IMG/VR virus record: IMGVR_UViG_3300014204_000125
Coordinates: 51,336-115,335 of that record
Strand: one strand, 5' to 3'
Source of the DNA: a virus
Lineage: Duplodnaviria > Caudoviricetes
DNA length: 64,000 bases
Part shown: positions 58,573 to 64,000 of the stretch, one piece after another
Numbering within the stretch: the stretch's first letter is position 1
How the letters are laid out: every line of letters starts with the position of its first letter
Translations under genes and position numbers: made by a program
The notes under the pieces: model-generated
The model's database searches: none
What the model was told of the DNA's origin: nothing
Seen by the model: only the letters and a program-made list of their open reading frames with translations

Positions 58573-59178
58573 TCAAAACCTAAATCCTATACCGGCAAAG
58601 ACTTTTCGATCTTTTAAAGGATCTTTATCGAAATCGCACGAGACGCCGATCGCAATAAATGTATTTGGAGTTATCGATCTACGAATTCCGAGAGCGTAAC
58701 TGAATTTGTTGATAGCCGCAATGATTGCGAATTTCGCGTAACGGTAAATATCGTATGTCAAGAATACAACGGCCTTGTCGAGTTCTGTATATTTCGCCTT
58801 TTCCTTCTGTTGTCCCGCGAACATTAATCCGAACCTTGATATAAATGGCTCTTTGGATTTTATCGGGAAGACTTTGACCTCAGCATTCGTTTTGGCTTCG
58901 CCGAAGTAGCGCATGTTTGCAAGCTCAAGTTTAACCTCAACGGTATCCTTGACATAAACTTTACCTTCGCTGTCCTGAGCCACCTTGAGTCCGTTCATTT
59001 CGAAACGAGGCTCTGCCTTCTCGATCTTTTCGAGCTTCTTGAGTTTTTCAATCATCTCGAGGTAAAGTTTTTTAGACACTTTGACTTTCGCTTCGGCCGC
59101 GTGGACATAGGTTTTCGCCAGAAAGCAGACCGCAAGGATCACCAAGATTGCAACCGTGATTTTGAGAAACTTTTTCAT
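58573..59178 (-). CDS. Secreted/outer-membrane protein candidate
   Basis: Signal peptide (..VHA|AE), short coiled coil, amphipathic beta strands ending FAGIGFRF. Confidence 0.6.
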   Translation of the reverse strand: MKKFLKITVAILVILAVCFLAKTYVHAAEAKVKVSKKLYLEMIEKLKKLEKIEKAEPRFEMNGLKVAQDSEGKVYVKDTVEVKLELANMRYFGEAKTNAEVKVFPIKSKEPFISRFGLMFAGQQKEKAKYTELDKAVVFLTYDIYRYAKFAIIAAINKFSYALGIRRSITPNTFIAIGVSCDFDKDPLKDRKVFAGIGFRF

Positions 59179-59240
59179 TAGAACTCTCCTAAAATTTATT
59201 TACTCGGACACAATGTCCGGGTAGATGTCCGGGTATTATA

Positions 59241-59732
59241 TCATATAACGGGATAAAATTCCACCCTATTGTATCCCTTCTCATGCAGATAATTACTTAT
59301 CGCTATCTCGGGGACATTCTGGGATACCCCTATATCGCACACAGAGGCGTTTTCTTGCTTGTGCCAGACTCCGGCCGACTCATAAACCGTCAACCAATGC
59401 CATTGAGGCTTGTATAGGTAGTTCCAGATGTTTCCGTCGAATTTTTCGGCATAGACAAGAACGATTTTATCCGTGAGTTGCTGAAATTTAAGGAACTCAA
59501 TACAGATCTCGGCCCAATCGCCGCAATTATTCTCTGTGTTCGCCATGAACTCTTGCGCGGTTTTATTGAAGTCAACATGCGGGTAATTGCCACGCCATTT
59601 ATATCCGTCTTTATCGAGCTTATCAATCAGCATCGAAAGGCCAGCGCAGTCGCTCCAATATTCTTCGACTTGCTTACGAGTCCATGCCTTATGCGTTATG
59701 CGCCACCAGAGCCGGCCGATAAATCCAAACAT
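59241..59732 (-). CDS. Transglutaminase-like cysteine protease candidate
   Basis: NNCGDWA...WHWLTVY...EN spacing of a Cys-His-acid triad. Confidence 0.5.
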   Translation of the reverse strand: MFGFIGRLWWRITHKAWTRKQVEEYWSDCAGLSMLIDKLDKDGYKWRGNYPHVDFNKTAQEFMANTENNCGDWAEICIEFLKFQQLTDKIVLVYAEKFDGNIWNYLYKPQWHWLTVYESAGVWHKQENASVCDIGVSQNVPEIAISNYLHEKGYNRVEFYPVI

Positions 59733-59733
59733 A

Positions 59734-60105
59734 CTACTCGCCGTCCTTTAGATTCTCTGCATCCCTTATTACGTCTCCTGTGGGTCTTTCTCCGGCGGGC
59801 GGATTGCCATTGTCCGGTTTAAGATTTCCCTTGGCTGATATGTCGGTAACTTGCGCTGTCTCAACACCTTTTGGTGTATCAGCTTTATCCCCACTATTCG
59901 CCCAAGAGCCTCCGGGTTGCTTATAGTTATTCGCATCTGGCGTGTTCACCTCTTCCTTTCGGTTCGGGTCAACTTCATTTTGGTTATCTATTCGAGCCTT
60001 CCACTGGAAAACTCCAGTAAGGGCCTGAGCAATACCCGCAATCAGTGCCATAGCAAAAAAAATCCAATACTTGAATTTTGCATAAAACGCAGTTAAAGAA
60101 ATCAT
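59734..60105 (-). CDS. Membrane-anchored hypothetical protein
   Basis: N-terminal TM, polar tail. Confidence 0.6.
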   Translation of the reverse strand: MISLTAFYAKFKYWIFFAMALIAGIAQALTGVFQWKARIDNQNEVDPNRKEEVNTPDANNYKQPGGSWANSGDKADTPKGVETAQVTDISAKGNLKPDNGNPPAGERPTGDVIRDAENLKDGE

Positions 60106-60380
60106 TTATTTTCCTCCAGAAACTTTTTGAGCTCAATAAAACTCTTCCCACTAATTTTCTTGAGCTTTTTAAGAATAGCATCCACCCCGGCGTCATTCCG
60201 GCATTCGCTTATATAAACCGCATCCGAGGCTTCCGCTTTGTATTCCGGGTTCTTTATCTTTTCTATTTTTTCAAGGCAATGTTCGCATGTGAAATTATAC
60301 GAATTCTCAAAGGTTTCATAATCCACCTCAACCGCGCTCCCGCAGTCGCAGACGAGTATATAGGGTGCGGCTTGTTGCAT
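60102..60380 (-). CDS. Zinc-binding hypothetical protein
   Basis: CDCG...CEHC; RBS AGGAG. Confidence 0.6.
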   Translation of the reverse strand: MQQAAPYILVCDCGSAVEVDYETFENSYNFTCEHCLEKIEKIKNPEYKAEASDAVYISECRNDAGVDAILKKLKKISGKSFIELKKFLEENK

Positions 60381-60387
60381 TTGGCTC

Positions 60388-60798
60388 CTATTCGGTTTTA
60401 ATTGGTCTGGGGGCGCACTGGGGCTTTAGGATAAGGTCTTTAACGAACGCCACGAGATCAGGGTCAGAGTTGGGATCAACGCTTATACTGATCTCGCGGC
60501 CGTCGATCGCGGTCTTCAATTCGATCTTGAAAGGGATGGTTTTGGCCGGCTCTTTTTCTATTCCCGCTTTTTTGTAAAGGTAAGTTGTCACCGGGGCGAT
60601 GAGCGGAGAAATAATGCCAACAAGTAGCATCGTCAGGGAAGAGAGTTTTTCCTTGTCGGTCACGACTTGGCGATACGCGAGGCCGAATACAAGGATTAAA
60701 AAGAGGATGAATAAGACAGCGAGACTATGGGCCACGAAACTGTGGCGGAACCTCTGCTCGAACCCATTGAACATCATTGAGAAAATTGATTTAGCCAT
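60388..60798 (-). CDS. Two-TM membrane protein (holin candidate)
   Basis: Two hydrophobic helices, charged C-terminus, lysis-region context. Confidence 0.5.
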   Translation of the reverse strand: MAKSIFSMMFNGFEQRFRHSFVAHSLAVLFILFLILVFGLAYRQVVTDKEKLSSLTMLLVGIISPLIAPVTTYLYKKAGIEKEPAKTIPFKIELKTAIDGREISISVDPNSDPDLVAFVKDLILKPQCAPRPIKTE

Positions 60799-60805
60799 AT
60801 CAAAC

Positions 60806-61279
60806 CTACTTTGTTGATGTATTAGCCGGCGGGCGTTCGGCGCGTAATTCAGAGTGGCCCGTCCAGGGGATCAAGGCAAGGAAGAATGTTATAATAACGA
60901 TAACAAAAAGAACTACCTCTTTGATTGTGAAATACGCTTTGTCTTCGCCTTTTTGTTCCGATTTATCTTCTCTTTTACCAGTTTCGAGATCAAATAGTTT
61001 GCGGGTGTTTGTGGAGAGATTATTTTCGGTTTCGCAGCGCACTTTAAACTTTTCAAGTTCTTCGAGTCGATCACGATGTTTCGCGCAATCCGTCTCTTTT
61101 TTCTCTCTGAGTTCTTTGTTTTCAACTTCTTTTTTGTCAATGTCTTTTACTACATGGGCAAGATTTGTCTCCATATTTGAAACTTTCCCTGAGACTTCAC
61201 GGAAAGAATCGTGTAGGGCTGACATCTTATTGAAAACTTCTACTGCGAAATCTTTATCTTCCATTCCACACACCCGCAA
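60806..61279 (-). CDS. Coiled-coil protein with C-terminal TM (holin/antiholin-like)
   Basis: Heptad pattern ending in HRDRLEELE, then a single TM. Confidence 0.55.
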   Translation of the reverse strand: MRVCGMEDKDFAVEVFNKMSALHDSFREVSGKVSNMETNLAHVVKDIDKKEVENKELREKKETDCAKHRDRLEELEKFKVRCETENNLSTNTRKLFDLETGKREDKSEQKGEDKAYFTIKEVVLFVIVIITFFLALIPWTGHSELRAERPPANTSTK

Positions 61280-61288
61280 TCTATTTAT

Positions 61289-61621
61289 TTATTCGGTTTC
61301 GAAAAACGCTTTTGTTTCGGCCGGCAATGCGTTTACTTTATTGGCGAGCCGCATCTGCTTCTGTCCCGCCTCTACTTTTTTGCAGAGGATGGGCAGATAA
61401 TCTGTATCGACATTGCCAAAGAATACTGGTTTCTCGGGAATGCCGTTTTTGAAAAAGAAAGCGCAGAACCCGTCTTTTATCGTGAGGTTTCCTTTTTCGT
61501 CAACTTCAAGAGGCAGATCGAATTTTGCTTTTGTTTTTTCGAGGAACTCCGCAATCTGTTTTTTGTTTTCTTCTACGAATTTTTCCTGGGCTTCCTGTTC
61601 TTTGGTCTTAACGTCGGACAT
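61289..61621 (-). CDS. Hypothetical protein
   Basis: RBS GGAGG. Confidence 0.65.
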   Translation of the reverse strand: MSDVKTKEQEAQEKFVEENKKQIAEFLEKTKAKFDLPLEVDEKGNLTIKDGFCAFFFKNGIPEKPVFFGNVDTDYLPILCKKVEAGQKQMRLANKVNALPAETKAFFETE

Positions 61622-61661
61622 TGTACTTCCTCCAAAAATTTAAGTGTTCCCGAATTTCGCC

Positions 61662-61913
61662 TTACGCGAGAAAAGGAGTCAGAATAGCAACCGCTTTCTC
61701 GGATATCGTATTGCCAACTCCAGCCTTGTCCTGACACGCCTTGCACTGATCAACGCTTTTCGATTCTGAACCCATTCCACCCATGCCGGGTCCGGGTCCA
61801 CCCTGTGCGCCCTGTTTCTGAATCATGACAGTTGTTCTTACCATGAGATCGATGTCGGTTTTCTCCGAGTAGATAACCTTGCAGTCATCGCATTTTCTTG
61901 ATTGTACGTCCAT
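61662..61913 (-). CDS. Hypothetical protein with CxxC pairs
   Basis: CDDC...CKAC; RBS AGGAGG. Confidence 0.65.
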   Translation of the reverse strand: MDVQSRKCDDCKVIYSEKTDIDLMVRTTVMIQKQGAQGGPGPGMGGMGSESKSVDQCKACQDKAGVGNTISEKAVAILTPFLA

Positions 61914-61933
61914 TGAAATACCTCCTGTTAATT

Positions 61934-62284
61934 TTACTTTTCGTATTTACCCTGTACACCTCTCGAAATGCGCTCTTCGTGTCGTACAGTTAAGCATTCC
62001 AATGCCTTTTCAAGATTGGTGAGTGCGCCCGCATTATAAGGGTCGGGAAACGGGCCGCTTTGAAAAGCCTTGAGGCGGTCGATGATGATTTCTATGAGAA
62101 ATTCGTTTGTTAATCCGACAAAACCTTCGGAAATAGGGCGGTCCTGAAATTTAAGGGCGGTTACGAATTTGCCGCTTGTATCTTTCACAAGGTAGAGAGT
62201 TTCTGCCCCGCCTTTTGAAACTTCTCCCGCTTTCTCGGCTTCCAAAACATAGTATTCTTTTTCAAGTCTTGCCATTTTTTGCAT
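61934..62284 (-). CDS. tad1: Tad1-family anti-Thoeris (cyclic nucleotide sponge) protein
   Basis: GGA...Y, KFQ, LIEIIIDRLKAFQSGPF, NAGALTNLEKAL, R.EERISRGVQG match the Tad1 pattern. Confidence 0.88.
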   Translation of the reverse strand: MQKMARLEKEYYVLEAEKAGEVSKGGAETLYLVKDTSGKFVTALKFQDRPISEGFVGLTNEFLIEIIIDRLKAFQSGPFPDPYNAGALTNLEKALECLTVRHEERISRGVQGKYEK

Positions 62285-62310
62285 TGTGAACCTCCTATGA
62301 ATTTTGTTAT

Positions 62311-62339
62311 ATTATACCGGATTTCCCCGGTTTAGTCAA
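62311..62339 (-). promoter_or_regulatory. sigma70 promoter upstream of tad1
   Basis: TTGACT-N17-TATAAT. Confidence 0.8.
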
Positions 62340-62410
62340 CCCAATTTGAATTGTCTTTATACCCGAAAAATATTGCGAATGCGTACAGCATACAGTCATA
62401 AATATTCATT

Positions 62411-62956
62411 TTAACTCCCTATAATGTCGTTGAAATACCGCGTCACGCCTTCAATCCAGTCTAAGCGCGAAACAGAATCGTGGTGCTCTCCGCAATAAGA
62501 ATGGCCCTCAGGATTCTGCGGATTATCGGTAATGTCGATGATCGTGGCCTGATCGTACTTATCAACATAATTTACTCGTATCATTTTGCAGAATTGCTTT
62601 ATGCTGTCAGCGACAGTATCAAACTTCTGTATCGGGCCATCCTCGCCCTGTGGCTGAATACCAAAAGCATTGTTTTTTTCTCTCAATGCCTTTGACCTTC
62701 CCTTTCCTGTTTCGTGTTGCGCCACCGCAAGCGCAAAGGCAGGGTCAAGCTCATAGAGAGCCGCCATATCGACAAAGGCTTGTGCCTCGCTTTTGAGAAG
62801 GTTGGAATCATCCTCTTTGGCAAGGTAGCGAGCTATCGCATCGTCATGTACGCTTTCGAGTACGCTGATTTCATATTCAGAGCGTCTTGAATAAAGCTCT
62901 GCCGCTCTCTCTGGGTCTAAATCTTTAACTGCACCAAATTTACCTCTCGTAACCAT
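62411..62956 (-). CDS. Glucosaminidase (GH73-like) peptidoglycan hydrolase
   Basis: ALAVAQHETGKG...KNNAFGI...FDTVADSI. Confidence 0.8.
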   Translation of the reverse strand: MVTRGKFGAVKDLDPERAAELYSRRSEYEISVLESVHDDAIARYLAKEDDSNLLKSEAQAFVDMAALYELDPAFALAVAQHETGKGRSKALREKNNAFGIQPQGEDGPIQKFDTVADSIKQFCKMIRVNYVDKYDQATIIDITDNPQNPEGHSYCGEHHDSVSRLDWIEGVTRYFNDIIGS

Positions 62957-64000
62957 TACTGCACCTCCACAAGTGTTTCAAGCAGAGCTTCAACTTTAGC
63001 CAAACGCTCTTCAAGTGATTTTATTATTGCATCTTTTGCTTTTAATTCAATAGTGTGTTCCTGATTTGCCTTGATTAAATAGGGTACGAACTCTATGTAG
63101 TTGAGTGTTAGGTATTCATGGGAAGGTACAACAAGATTGTAGAAAGGTGTTTCCAATATATCTTGTGCAATCATTCCTACTCTTCTCTTTGCAGTTTTAA
63201 GGTCAGCTATCAAATCAAAAACTGCTGGCTTGACGCACATAAGGGATTGGCTTGCACTAAATTCAGGGTACTCACTGAAATAACTTATATTTTTCTTTGC
63301 CCTTCTATCCGAAACATCTGTCCATGTGCCAACATAAGAGCCGTTAGCTGAGAAATAAGCATCACCATCTGTTACTGCGAATTTATATGAATTAGCAGCT
63401 ACATCAGACCCACCTATGGTTACATTTGAATAACCATTTATTATCATAGAATATTTAGAGCCTAATGTGTGATATATGCCAAAATGATTAGAGGTGGCGA
63501 CTCTCAAGATTTGCCACACATTACGAGAATTAGAGTCATTTAGATATATAGTACAATTATGTCCTGTAACTGTTTCCAAAGATACTGTTGCGTCATTGTC
63601 TGTTACATAGCAATTAAAAGCCCCAGCCTGAACTGTGCCATTAAAAGTTGAACCTGCATTAAAATAACTTGCTCCATTCACATACAGTTTATAAGTTGAA
63701 GAACATAGGTCAGAACTCACCCCATCTCCAACAGTCAACCCACCATTAGCGTTCCACCAGCCCACGCAGCTTGCAGTACCAGCTTTTGTCACAAAAACTT
63801 GAAATGCTCCGCTATGCGCCCCTGCTGTATTTACTGCAACAACAGAACTTATATAGCCATAATTGACCTCTGCATCACTTGAGTTATTGGCATTAAACAA
63901 AACCCATGAACCATAATTAACCGTTTTATTGGCTCTGTATAGGGTGCAACAATCATAGTCAGCAGATACCATCTTAAATTTGCCATTAACATACAGCTTA
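62956..64000 (-). CDS. Tail fibre C-terminus with peptidase S74 intramolecular chaperone (5' end outside the window)
   Basis: SDRRAKKNI, GMIAQD, LNYIEFVPYLIKANQE, terminal coiled coil; KLYVNG repeats; frame stays open to the window edge. Confidence 0.9.
   Translation of the reverse strand, partial: KLYVNGKFKMVSADYDCCTLYRANKTVNYGSWVLFNANNSSDAEVNYGYISSVVAVNTAGAHSGAFQVFVTKAGTASCVGWWNANGGLTVGDGVSSDLCSSTYKLYVNGASYFNAGSTFNGTVQAGAFNCYVTDNDATVSLETVTGHNCTIYLNDSNSRNVWQILRVATSNHFGIYHTLGSKYSMIINGYSNVTIGGSDVAANSYKFAVTDGDAYFSANGSYVGTWTDVSDRRAKKNISYFSEYPEFSASQSLMCVKPAVFDLIADLKTAKRRVGMIAQDILETPFYNLVVPSHEYLTLNYIEFVPYLIKANQEHTIELKAKDAIIKSLEERLAKVEALLETLVEVQ

Noticed and set aside
1-64000. Stop-codon reassignment
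   Set aside because: Long conserved genes are uninterrupted in code 11; TAG and TGA end genes at sensible positions, often overlapping the next RBS or start.
1-64000. Canonical tRNA genes, integrase/transposase, reverse transcriptase/DGR
   Set aside because: The GGTTCGA-type words inspected (e.g. 27841, 31516) lack cloverleaf context; no recombinase, transposase or RT motifs among the ORFs.

Overview
This is a 64 kb segment of a large tailed dsDNA bacteriophage genome in the standard genetic code, with strong AGGAGG RBSs and sigma70-type promoters. The host is not identifiable; an OMP-like gene hints at a diderm. Layout: (i) 1-12.7 kb, minus strand: CDP-glucose 4,6-dehydratase plus three glycosyltransferases, RusA-like resolvase, DarG-like macrodomain, DUF4326, vWA and many small ORFs. 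Embedded here is a ~1 kb non-coding operon (promoter -> two unknown structured RNAs -> tmRNA with a 29-codon tag -> ~290 nt unknown structured RNA -> terminator). (ii) 12.7-17.1 kb: a divergent, mostly non-coding region with a GC island (possible genome terminus), arrays of palindromic operator-like repeats, tandem promoters and a ~480 nt densely structured RNA ending in a terminator. (iii) 17.1-37.8 kb, plus strand: early/accessory small genes with ArdC, a beta clamp, GP88, a motif-permuted DHH phosphoesterase and RtcB. (iv) 37.9-57.7 kb: replication/recombination and nucleotide metabolism (Bet, DnaB, SpoVG-like SSB, DnaE, PD-(D/E)XK exonuclease, degenerate Rad50/SMC-like protein, Hel308-like helicase, DnaG with C-terminal Zn finger, MazG, ThyX, SLT, frameshifted dNMP kinase). 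(v) 57.7-64 kb, minus strand: late/lysis genes, a Tad1 anti-Thoeris sponge, a glucosaminidase and a tail-fibre C-terminus with an S74 chaperone. The best candidates for an undescribed system are the tmRNA-centred ncRNA polycistron and the structured RNA plus operator array at the head of the early region. All family calls come from motif recognition by eye; no database searches or folding programs were run.
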